NCBI GenBank assembly: GCA_963662465.1
Contig: OY759599.1
Location: 6,784,001 to 6,848,000 of the forward strand
DNA from: Desulfatiglandales bacterium
GTDB taxonomy: Bacteria > Desulfobacterota > DSM-4660 > Desulfatiglandales > Desulfatiglandaceae
Direction: 5' to 3'
Length of the DNA stretch: 64,000 bases
Position 1 is the first letter of the stretch. Each line of letters begins with the position of its first letter. The notes under the pieces were generated by a model. That model was not told where the DNA came from, did no database searches, and saw only the letters and a program-made list of their open reading frames with translations. The translations under genes and the position numbers were made by a program. Shown here one piece after another: positions 1-8,730 of the stretch.

Positions 1-1662
1 ATACCTGCCGAGTCTCGTATAAGCCCTTCCAAGAACGGTAAAATACCAGGGAGGAGGTAAAGGATTTAATCGAAGTGCTTTTTTCAGTGATGTTAGTGCT
101 TCATTAAATTGGCCAATTTTGAATAGATAATAGCACCGAATTACGTAAATGTCCGGCCAATTGGGATCCATTTTGATGGCCTTATCGAACTGTTCTAAAG
201 CTTTCTCATCCTTTCCCACAAAAGTATAAACAGCGCCCATTGTTTCGTGAGCAAAAGGACAGGAGTTATTTACGGTTAGAGCTTTTTGGGCGAGTTCAAA
301 TGCTTTTCCGATTGATTCCTTCGGAGTTTTACTCACGCACATTCCCACTTCGGCCAAATAGCCCCAAGCGAGATAGGCATATGCTGCCCCATAGTTTGGA
401 TCTAGTTCGATGGCTTCCTGGCATTTTTGCATGGATAATTTGTTTCCCTCCACATCCCCCTGCCAACCGTAATACATAGCCTCAATGAACTTTAAATAAG
501 CACCAACATTATTTGTTCCTCTCGCGCAAGGACCTACACCGATGCCACCAATTATCTTGATATGAAGAGATTGCGATATTTTTAATGCAATTTCATCTTG
601 TAGGTCGAATATATCGTTAATATTGCGGTCATAAGTCTCCGCCCAAAGATGATTGCCATTCTTAGTATCAATGAACTGGGCCGTCACACGTATCCGATCC
701 CCAGATTTCTGAATGCTTCCTTCAAGTACATAATGAACATTTAGTTGCTGTCCCAATTCTTTAATATTTACGGGCTTGCCCTTAAAGGTAAAGGTCGTGT
801 TACGGGCGGTAACGGAAAGGTCTGGAATTTTGGCAAGTACAGTAATGATATGCTCTGTGAAACCATCGCAAAGATATTGTTGTTTTGGATCGCCAACCAT
901 ATTGGTGAAAGGCAGAACAGCGATAGAATTCTTCTCAGACATTGGGTTCAGCGGTTTTTTCGCCGAATCAGACGAAATGCTTTTGAGGGGTGATTTAGCG
1001 TCTGTTGGAAGTGAGTTTTGGTTTGGATAAAGACGCCAAAATGCAAGAGCAGCTCCGAGGATTACAAGAACAACCATCACCACGACTTTTTTTCTCCCCA
1101 ATTTCAATTTTCTTTCCGGTTCTGCAGCATCCTCGTGATCTAAGGATATCTTGTAAACCTTTATCGGTTTAGCGATATTCTTTACTGTGTGCTTACCAAT
1201 AAAATGAAATCCTAATTCCAACTTGTTTTCGATTTGCTCATAACCGCTTCCAGAAATACAGATTCCACCACCATCAGCCAATGATTCGATCCTAGCAGCA
1301 ATGTTTACTCCGTCACCGTAAATGCGATCAGCATCTTGAATAACATCGCCAAGGTTTATGCCCATTCTGAAAATCATCCTGCGATTTTCAGGCAGTTCCT
1401 CATTCTTGTCCTTCAGAGCTTTCTGGATTTCAACCGCACACTGGACAGCATCCACTACACTGGCGAATTCAGAAAGAATATTGTCACCGGGAGAATCCAC
1501 CACACGCCCGCTGTGCCTTTGGACGATTGCAGAGAAAATTTCGCGGTATTCAGTAATGGTTTTGACCGTGGCAATCTCATCGTCGCCCATGAGGCGACTA
1601 TAGCCTTGAACATCTGCGCTAAGTATGGCTCTGAGTTTTCTTACAACTCTATTTGGTTCCAT
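1..1662 (-). CDS. Class III adenylate/guanylate cyclase + TM + TolB-like + TPR protein; 3' end lies outside the window
   Basis: Not in the ORF track because it has no stop in the window. ATG at 1662 with GGAGG RBS. Translates as MEPNRVVRKLRAILSADVQGYSRLMGDDE...GINLGDV...YGDGVNIAARIE and ends in TPR-like RLNPLPPPWYFTVLGRAY. Confidence 0.9.
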   Translation of the reverse strand, partial: MEPNRVVRKLRAILSADVQGYSRLMGDDEIATVKTITEYREIFSAIVQRHSGRVVDSPGDNILSEFASVVDAVQCAVEIQKALKDKNEELPENRRMIFRMGINLGDVIQDADRIYGDGVNIAARIESLADGGGICISGSGYEQIENKLELGFHFIGKHTVKNIAKPIKVYKISLDHEDAAEPERKLKLGRKKVVVMVVLVILGAALAFWRLYPNQNSLPTDAKSPLKSISSDSAKKPLNPMSEKNSIAVLPFTNMVGDPKQQYLCDGFTEHIITVLAKIPDLSVTARNTTFTFKGKPVNIKELGQQLNVHYVLEGSIQKSGDRIRVTAQFIDTKNGNHLWAETYDRNINDIFDLQDEIALKISQSLHIKIIGGIGVGPCARGTNNVGAYLKFIEAMYYGWQGDVEGNKLSMQKCQEAIELDPNYGAAYAYLAWGYLAEVGMCVSKTPKESIGKAFELAQKALTVNNSCPFAHETMGAVYTFVGKDEKALEQFDKAIKMDPNWPDIYVIRCYYLFKIGQFNEALTSLKKALRLNPLPPPWYFTVLGRAYTRLGRY

Positions 1663-1795
1663 CACCGGCCTCCAAGATAATTGAGACTGAAAAAAAGACT
1701 ATGAGCAGGGCTGTACATATGGATTGTATCTATAATACGAAACGAATCTATAAATGCCAAATACCAAATTTGGGGGTTCTACGTCTTTGAAGGCT

Positions 1796-3919
1796 CTCAC
1801 GGTAGGAACGCCGGTCACCCAGCGCCCCCCGCACAGTCCCGGACGTGCGGTTTTCCCGCATCCGGTTCCTCGGTTGTACTCGCTTTCGCGCAAAGCATCA
1901 GCATTAGCAAAACACCTTTCGTGGCCGGGGTGCCGTCGGTAGCTTCGGTTTGGCGATCCCCAGGCGATTTATGGCCCGGTTGAAAGCCTTCCAGGTGAAA
2001 CTTCTCCGCTTACCCCCTCTTCGGTTCAGCCACTTAAACGCACAATCACTCGCCCATCGGTAAAAACGCCATAACGAATTGGCGTTCCCCACCACGCTGT
2101 AATAGTTGTAATGTCCGCGCAGTTTGCGGTTGAGCGTCTTTATGAACGCAATCCCCTTCAAATGTCGGTTTTCCTTCACCCATTCCTTGATGCGCCTGCA
2201 GGCACCCTGCAGCTTTTTACGGCCGGTGCGCTGCATGACTCTCACCTTTCCCTGTTTGTCATAGGTCCAGTAGGTCTCAAAACCCAAAAAGACAATCCGC
2301 CTGCGCATGCTCGGATCAAAACGACTGAATCGCATCATGGCGGTTTTATCAGGCGCTACACTGAGGCCAAACTTCAAAAGCCTTTCGGGCAGCACGTGGA
2401 AAAACCCTTTTGCCTCTTTTTTGTACTGAAAAGCACAGACAAAATCATCTGCGTACCGAATGATCATGGCGGCCCCTTTACAGTGGGGCTTCACCACCTT
2501 TTCAAACCATAAGTCAAGGGCAAAATGCAGGTAGACATTGGCCAAAACCGGCGATACAATCCCCCCTTGGGGAGTACCGCTGTCCGGATGGATAATTTTG
2601 CCATCCGTATCCAGAATGCCGGCTTTAAGCCATTTTTGGATCAGATTTAAAAACGGCGCATCATCAACTCTTTCCATGAGCATTCGCATCAGCCAATCAT
2701 GGTCCATATGGTCGAAAAAGCCTTTGATATCGGCCTCGACGACATATCCATATGATCCAAACTGAAGTTCAAAACGCAAATCATTGACAGCGTCTTTTGC
2801 GCTTCGGTTGGGCCTGTAACCATAGCTGACATTCAGAAAGTCAGCTTCGAATATGGCTGTCAGGAGTTTGGCACATGCCAATTGCACCAACCGGTCTTCA
2901 AGGGCCGGAATGCCCAAGGGGCGTTGTTTGCCGTTTTCTTTGGGGATGTAACTTCTGCGTACCAGTTTGGCACGGTAACGTCTGGTTTTCAATCGCTCCG
3001 CCAATGACGCGATATTGGCCTCAAGATTTCCTTCGTAGGCCTCGGCCGTCACTTTGTCCACACCACTGGCTGCATCCTTATTCAGGTCTTTCCAGCAGGC
3101 ACGGAGAAACGGCGCGTTCAGACACCGGTAAAGGTCTTGAAAGCGGTGTTTTCCATCAACTTTTGCCTTAATGGCTATTCCCTGCAGTGAGGTTGGCTCG
3201 TATTGTTCCAGCCCTACATTGTCCGGTGCGAGTTTCCTTTGCAGACTGCGTACTTCCGTCAGGTCCTTCCCCATGTGGTGGGCTTTCCCCACCGCTGAGT
3301 AGTATGCCTGATAAGACACCCCATTGGCGTATAGAGGGCCATCGGAGGTCCGATTTTCCTCCCACCCGGTTGTTCCTTTCAGCATTTCGGCTGTGTAGTG
3401 AACCACTGTTACTTTACCTCACCGTCAGTGTGAAATAAACTCCCTGGAGCCTTTGGGGCTTCCCGAGTTCTACGGCGCATCTCTTCCTGCATGCCACGGC
3501 CTGAGGACTCCGGCGGACCTCCACATCCTCGCCATAAACGGATGCTTCCGTGTTGCCTTCGGTGAACGTTCAAACCCTCGGCGTCCGCAATTGCTATTTC
3601 GAAGCTGTACCAGCACTTCAGGGTGCGCGATCACCCCTGCGGCCTACAGGATACTCTGCCTACGCTTAACCCATCTTGTTCGCTGCTTCCACCGTTAGGT
3701 GGGGTGAGTCCATCCGCCTATTTGCTCATCCCTGAGCGCGGCTCGTTTCCAACCAGCATATGAATGCCGATGTCCTACACCTGACAGACTGAACAACTCC
3801 GCCATGGGTCCAAGGCTCGATACGGGTGGGTGGCTAACCCTTACAGAAAGCCATTACTGATTTTCCTCCCGACAGGGACTTTCACCCTGCAAGATACGCC
3901 GAGCTTTCCTCGGCGCGAG
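1796..3919 (-). mobile_element. Group II intron, bacterial class E-like, inserted just after the GTT of an integron core site
   Basis: 5' end CTCGCGCCGAGGAAAGCTCGGCGTATCTTGCAGGGTGAAAGTCCCTG. DV/DVI GAACCGGATGCGGGAAAACCGCACGTCCGG...CCTACCGTGAG at about 1796-1870. Boundaries uncertain by 1-2 nt. Confidence 0.85.
1904..3274 (-). CDS. ltrA: Group II intron reverse transcriptase/maturase, no endonuclease domain (start uncertain)
   Basis: RPLGIP, GTPQGG, YADD motifs and an X domain; N-terminus TSLQGIAIKA...RFQDLY resembles class E. Confidence 0.93.
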   Translation of the reverse strand: MGKDLTEVRSLQRKLAPDNVGLEQYEPTSLQGIAIKAKVDGKHRFQDLYRCLNAPFLRACWKDLNKDAASGVDKVTAEAYEGNLEANIASLAERLKTRRYRAKLVRRSYIPKENGKQRPLGIPALEDRLVQLACAKLLTAIFEADFLNVSYGYRPNRSAKDAVNDLRFELQFGSYGYVVEADIKGFFDHMDHDWLMRMLMERVDDAPFLNLIQKWLKAGILDTDGKIIHPDSGTPQGGIVSPVLANVYLHFALDLWFEKVVKPHCKGAAMIIRYADDFVCAFQYKKEAKGFFHVLPERLLKFGLSVAPDKTAMMRFSRFDPSMRRRIVFLGFETYWTYDKQGKVRVMQRTGRKKLQGACRRIKEWVKENRHLKGIAFIKTLNRKLRGHYNYYSVVGNANSLWRFYRWASDCAFKWLNRRGGKRRSFTWKAFNRAINRLGIAKPKLPTAPRPRKVFC

Positions 3920-4047
3920 AACGTTTTAGTTAACAGGCGAACGGGCAAGAAAGAAATATGCGACCAATCCACCCGGAAGCGTGATACGGAAAAATCAATT
4001 TCAATTTGCTCCAATGACCAGTTTGCCTGTTCAACGGCTGGTTGGAC
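3920..4047 (-). other. attC of HUH cassette copy 2; R' interrupted by the intron
   Basis: GTCCAAC-cagcc-GTTGAACA...TGTTAAC-taaaac-GTT. Confidence 0.85.
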
Positions 4048-4307
4048 AGACCCGCGGGTCACACGCACATAGGTTAATGGGAGCAGAATCGCCGCTATGG
4101 AGATTAAACGATCTTTGCAGCTACCGCATGACTTCTTTTTGACCCATCATTCCGGTCTAAGCCAGTTAAAAATGATAAAATTTCTTTTTTTGATCGCATG
4201 GTCCCGCTAAAAATGCCAAAATATCGTGTTATTAGGCAGTTTACCAAACACCTCGACATCAAAAACCTTTCACTCGACTAAAGACCTTTCGACTGCGCAT
4301 GCTTAAT

Positions 4308-5483
4308 CTATGCTGCTTGGGCATGTATCATGTCCTGGACTTTATTGAACCTCGGAAGCTCTCTTAACTTTTTGACCGGCGTCAATATTTCCAGAGTTAT
4401 GAGGCGTTTCCCGCAAACAGGGCAACAATCCGGTCGCTCGTCGCTTCGCTGTTGCCAGAGACTCTGCCAATCCAGGAATTCCAGACTTTCAAGAGGCGGT
4501 TGACCCAGTATTTCCCGGCAGAGTGCCAGTTCTTCTTTTGAGCTGTGATGATAGAGTCCGTATGAACGCACCATCACGGTATTCGCTAGGGGGACGTGTT
4601 GCAGATAGCGGCTGATAAAGGTTTGAATCGGCAGGGAGATGAGTTCCACCTTCTCACGACCGTAATTGAAGGTCACGTTCCCGTTTTCAATGCTGTAGAT
4701 GCGTTTGTTTGAAATTGGCCCGCCTCTCAAGTAACGCGCCAGGTAAATCAACACGCCTTCGCCGTATGAATAGGTCTCTTTGAGCTTGACGTTCCATTTT
4801 TTGCGGCGGCCCAGTTTATTGAAGAGGTTCCGGGCCTGCTGAGGCCCCATACCCTCGGGCAGAACCAGTTCGTTCCGATCCAGGGCTTTTCTCAAATAGT
4901 AGAGGTACTTGCCTCGAAATACCGCCCGGACGATGCCAAAGGGCAAAAGGAATTTTTTTGATGAAGCGATCCACTCGCCGGCGATCAGCCCACCGGCCGT
5001 TACCAGACAATGCAGATGCGGATGAAAGTCCAGTTTTCGGCTCCAGGTATGCAGTGAGGCGATGATGCCGACTTTGCCCCCCAAATGCTTCGGATCTCCA
5101 AGGAGTTCGGAAAGGGTTTCAGTGGCGCTTTTGAACAGCAGATTGCCCATAAGCTTGCGGTTCAACCGCCATAAGTCGTGCAATTCATCGGAGATGGTGA
5201 AAATAACATGGAAATGTTCGGTGTTTAAGATGCGAGCCTTTTGTTTTGCCAGCCAACGTTCCACCTGGGTAAAAGCGCAGAGGGGGCACATGCGATGTTT
5301 ACACGAGTTGTACCAGTGCATTTTGAAGTGACCGTCCGGGCACGCCTGCACGTGACCCCCCAGAGCAGATGTGCGGCAACTCATCAGACGGTGTGCCGCT
5401 TCACGAATATGTTCCGGAAGAAGATGGGTCTGATCATAGAGGGCATAGCCTATAAGAAAGATGCTCTGAATCGTCGCTTCCAC
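4308..5483 (-). CDS. IS91-like HUH (Y2) transposase with N-terminal Zn-binding domain, carried as a gene cassette (copy 2)
   Basis: CRT...GGH...C...YNSCKHRMCPLC, HUH motif FHPHLHCLV, YLARY; GTG start with GGAGG. Confidence 0.9.
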   Translation of the reverse strand: MEATIQSIFLIGYALYDQTHLLPEHIREAAHRLMSCRTSALGGHVQACPDGHFKMHWYNSCKHRMCPLCAFTQVERWLAKQKARILNTEHFHVIFTISDELHDLWRLNRKLMGNLLFKSATETLSELLGDPKHLGGKVGIIASLHTWSRKLDFHPHLHCLVTAGGLIAGEWIASSKKFLLPFGIVRAVFRGKYLYYLRKALDRNELVLPEGMGPQQARNLFNKLGRRKKWNVKLKETYSYGEGVLIYLARYLRGGPISNKRIYSIENGNVTFNYGREKVELISLPIQTFISRYLQHVPLANTVMVRSYGLYHHSSKEELALCREILGQPPLESLEFLDWQSLWQQRSDERPDCCPVCGKRLITLEILTPVKKLRELPRFNKVQDMIHAQAA

Positions 5484-5543
5484 TGAAACCTCCTTTATTT
5501 ACTGGGAGTTACGACGTTAGTTCCCCCGCTGTCCAGCGGGTCT

Positions 5544-5629
5544 GTCCAACGACAAGCTCAGCGGCCCCTCCACCGCCCCCCGCCAGAACCGACAGATTTT
5601 CAGGGGTCCGCTGGAGCGTTTGGTTGTGT
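5544..5629 (-). other. attC site (86 bp family)
   Basis: ACACAAC-caaac-GCTCCAGC...GCTGAGC-ttgtc-GTTGGAC. Confidence 0.9.
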
Positions 5630-5631
5630 CA

Positions 5632-5850
5632 TCAGGAATGTGCTACAAGACGGAGTTCGTAAATTCGCCCGTATTTTGCTGCTAGAGCCAGATTCTTCTG
5701 GCGAAGCGCATCCCTAGCATCATCCAGTCTGTACGCATCTTCAAGGTGAATATAGGGCGACCAGCCTGTTTCATCTTCTAGCAAGTTAACTTCAACCTCG
5801 GCTACGTATTTGCCCTCATGGATATACTTTAATTTCTTCCGCTGTTTCAT
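5632..5850 (-). CDS. Small hypothetical protein, partner of DUF4258 (putative antitoxin)
   Basis: MKQRKKLKYIHEGKYVAEVEV...; TAATG overlap with the upstream gene. Confidence 0.7.
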   Translation of the reverse strand: MKQRKKLKYIHEGKYVAEVEVNLLEDETGWSPYIHLEDAYRLDDARDALRQKNLALAAKYGRIYELRLVAHS

Positions 5851-6185
5851 TATTTTCGCCTCCGGGTGAATGTGGCGTCCCAACGGTCGGGATCTGGGCG
5901 ATATGCAGTGACTAGAACCGCAGGTCTGGTTTGACGTTTGGGGACGCCCCATACTGTATGAATAGGCAGGCCTTTTAAATCCTTCTGTAAAAGCAGTGCG
6001 CACGGTCCCTTTGGATAGTTTGGGTATTCCTCAACTACCAAAGCATTTCGAACCCCTATGACAACCTCTTTTGCGGTGATGCCATCATCAGCTAGCTCAT
6101 CATAGCCGTGCTCAGATATTTGCACATCACCGGAAAGTATTAATGTGTTTAATTTGTAAATGAATTTAGACACTTGATAACTCAT
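5850..6185 (-). CDS. DUF4258-like protein (putative toxin)
   Basis: ISEHGYDEL...VEEYPNYPKGPCALLL...PIHTVW...VLVTAYRPDP. Confidence 0.8.
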   Translation of the reverse strand: MSYQVSKFIYKLNTLILSGDVQISEHGYDELADDGITAKEVVIGVRNALVVEEYPNYPKGPCALLLQKDLKGLPIHTVWGVPKRQTRPAVLVTAYRPDPDRWDATFTRRRK

Positions 6186-6254
6186 CAAAACATATCAGTT
6201 TTTTGGCTCACAAAAAAATGCCCGCGTACCGACGTTCTTCACTGTATTAAAGAA

Positions 6255-6279
6255 GTTCTCATGCATTGCGCATGAGAAC
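6255..6279 (-). terminator. Probable intrinsic terminator after the lipoprotein gene
   Basis: GTTCTCATGC/GCATGAGAAC stem followed by TTCTTT on the minus strand. Confidence 0.5.
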
Positions 6280-6300
6280 CTATAACGGAGCTGAATTCGT

Positions 6301-6753
6301 TTATCTCTTTTTCAATGTGCTAAAGATATCAAAACCTTCTGACGGTGATTCTGTGATTATCTCTAACGTTTTTCCACTATTAGCAATTTCACCTAAGCTA
6401 TTGACCCATCCATGTATAGTATTAAACTTAATTTCCTTAATGTCATTGCCTTTCAACTGACCCTTGATTTTTTGGGATTCGGTCATCGGGAAATTACCGC
6501 TCTCCAAATTTCCCACAAATTGGTTTCCTTCTTGTTTAATATTGACAACGCCGTTTAGCGTAGACACCGTCCCTACTTGAGTAGTGATATCCCATTTTCC
6601 ATTCAAATCGTAAACAACTTCTCCATTGGAGAGTGTCAAAGTGTTTTGCATTCCGGATTTTAATGCACGTGTTTGCGCGCCATTCCTCATGGCTGAATTG
6701 CAGGCTGCAGTACATAAGAGAACAAAAATGCAGATCATAAACAATTGTCTCAT
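6301..6753 (-). CDS. Hypothetical lipoprotein (cassette gene)
   Basis: Signal peptide with lipobox-like TAAC; homologous to 48776-49231. Confidence 0.75.
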   Translation of the reverse strand: MRQLFMICIFVLLCTAACNSAMRNGAQTRALKSGMQNTLTLSNGEVVYDLNGKWDITTQVGTVSTLNGVVNIKQEGNQFVGNLESGNFPMTESQKIKGQLKGNDIKEIKFNTIHGWVNSLGEIANSGKTLEIITESPSEGFDIFSTLKKR

Positions 6754-6909
6754 CTAAATATTTACCTCCGTTAGAGTTTGTTTTGATTTTGTCAAAATAC
6801 TCCTGATTAAACCTTTCACTTATCTGCTGATTTCTAACGCTTTAGTCCCTCGTCTTCTAGGCGCATTTTTTTTATTCCTCACCTCCTTCCTTAATGTCAT
6901 CGAGGACCA

Positions 6910-7040
6910 CCACAACGTTTTAGTTAACAGGCGAACGGGTACGAAAAGACATACGACCAATCCACCCGGAACTGTGATAAGGAAAAATCAATTTCAAATT
7001 ACTCCGATGACCAGTTTGCCTGTTGAACGGCTGGTTGGAC
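6910..7040 (-). other. attC of HUH cassette copy 1
   Basis: GTCCAAC-cagcc-GTTCAACA...TGTTAAC-taaaac-GTTGTGG. Confidence 0.9.
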
Positions 7041-7273
7041 AGAGCCGCGGGTCACCAGCACATATTTTATTGGAACCAGGCGCTCGGCTATGGAGATTAA
7101 GCGGCCTCCGCAGGTATCACAGGACGTTTTTTAACTCGTCATGGCCGGTTATGAATGATAAAATTCCTTTTTTTTGTTGCATAATCTTTCAAAATATACT
7201 GAAATATCAAGCTATTTACCTTTTTACCAAACACCTCGCCATCATACATCTTTAGGATATGCTCTTGTTTGAT

Positions 7274-8449
7274 TTATGCTGCCTGAGCATATATCGTACC
7301 CGGGTCCTTATTGAATCTCGGAAGCATTTTTGACTTTTTTACCGGTACAAGTATTTCCAGCGTGATGAGACGTTTCCCGCAAACAGGGCAACGGTCCGGC
7401 TGCTCGTCGCTTCCCTTTTGCCACAGGGTCTGCCAATCCAGGAATTTCTGGTTTTCAAGGGGCGGTTGACCCAGTATTTCCCGGCAGAGGGCAAGTTCTT
7501 CTCCCAGGCTATGATGATAGAGCCCGTATGACCGCACCATTACGGAATTCGGCAAGGGAACGTGTTGCAGGTAGCGGCCAATAAAGGTCTGAATGGGCAA
7601 GGAGATGAGGTTTACCTGCTCACGACCGTAGTTGAAGGTCACGTTCCCGTTTTCAACGCGGTAGATGCGCTTGTTTGAAATCGGTCCGCCTCTCAGATAC
7701 CGAGCCAGGTAAATTAAGACCCCTTCTCCGTATGAATAGGTCTCCTTGAGTTTAACGTTCCATTTCTTGCGGCGGCCCAGCTTATTGAACAGGTTCCGTG
7801 CCTGTTGGGGCCGCATGCCCTCGGGCAGAACCAGTTCTCCCCGGGAAAGGGCCATCCTCAAATAGTGGAGATATTTGCCTCGAAACACCGCCCGGACGAT
7901 ACCAAAGGGCAAAAGAAACGTTTTTGATGAAGTAATCCACTCACCGGCGGCCAACCCACCGGCCGTTACCAGGCAATGCAGATGCGGGTGAAAGTCCAGT
8001 TTTCGGCTCCAGGTATGCAATGAGGCGATGATGCCGACTTTCGCGCCCAAATGCTTTGGGTCTCCAAGAAGTTCGGAAAGGGTTTCTGTGGCGCTTTTGA
8101 ATAGCAGATTGCTCATTACTTTGCGGTTCAACCGCCATAAGTCATGCAATTCATCGGAGATAGTGAAAATAACGTGGAAATGTTCCGTGTTTAAAATACG
8201 GGCCTTTTGTTTCGCAAGCCACCGTTCAACCTGGGTAAAAGCGCACAGTGGGCACATGCGATGTTTGCACGAGTTGTACCAGTGCCTCTTTAAATGGCCG
8301 TCCGGGCAGGCCTGCACGTGGCCCCCAAGAACGGAAGTGCGACAAACCATGAGACTGTGAGCAGCATTACGTATATGTTCAGGAAGACAATGTGTCTGAT
8401 CATAGAGGGCATAGCCGAGAAGAAAGATGCTCTGAATCGTCGCTTCCAC
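7274..8449 (-). CDS. IS91-like HUH transposase cassette (copy 1, first position after attI; diverged paralogue)
   Basis: Same Zn, HUH and YLARY motifs; 391 aa. Confidence 0.9.
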   Translation of the reverse strand: MEATIQSIFLLGYALYDQTHCLPEHIRNAAHSLMVCRTSVLGGHVQACPDGHLKRHWYNSCKHRMCPLCAFTQVERWLAKQKARILNTEHFHVIFTISDELHDLWRLNRKVMSNLLFKSATETLSELLGDPKHLGAKVGIIASLHTWSRKLDFHPHLHCLVTAGGLAAGEWITSSKTFLLPFGIVRAVFRGKYLHYLRMALSRGELVLPEGMRPQQARNLFNKLGRRKKWNVKLKETYSYGEGVLIYLARYLRGGPISNKRIYRVENGNVTFNYGREQVNLISLPIQTFIGRYLQHVPLPNSVMVRSYGLYHHSLGEELALCREILGQPPLENQKFLDWQTLWQKGSDEQPDRCPVCGKRLITLEILVPVKKSKMLPRFNKDPGTIYAQAA

Positions 8450-8510
8450 TGATATTTCCCTTTATTACTAGTAATTTACGACGTTAGTTCCCCCGCTGTC
8501 CAGCGGGTCT

Positions 8511-8650
8511 GTCCAACCATTGATTATCAGGTCATTTTGCCCTGATAATAGGCCAATCCCTTTATTATCAAGGCATTTCCGCTTTGATATTGAATTATCA
8601 GGCAATTTTGCCTTGATATTGATGTTAAATCCTGTTATCAAGGCAAAACT
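8511..8650 (-). other. attI region of integron 1 (core GTTGGAC at 8517-8511) with upstream palindromic repeats
   Basis: The first cassette starts at this GTT with no attC upstream; lies 214 bp before the divergent intI. Confidence 0.75.
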
Positions 8651-8730
8651 TATTGGGGTCATATGGATCATAGGTTTACAATCCTTCCCTATTTTACAAT
8701 AACCGCTACAGTATAAAGAGATGAAATTCA

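Noticed and set aside
1904..3406. RT genes as retron or DGR components
   Set aside because: Both RTs have maturase regions and flanking group II intron DV/DVI; no TR/VR pair or msr-msd seen
4041..5550. The 15 bp inverted ends as classical IS terminal repeats
   Set aside because: They coincide with cassette core sites, there is no TSD, and the conserved unit extends through the attC
6279..6300. Possible extra attC between the lipoprotein and DUF4258 genes
   Set aside because: Only a CTATAAC core is present with no L/R'' arm; the cores at 6910 and 5623 match each other, supporting one three-gene cassette
8655..8730. LexA box or sigma70 promoter for intI
   Set aside because: Candidate -35/-10 hexamers have 13-14 bp spacing and no convincing SOS box was found
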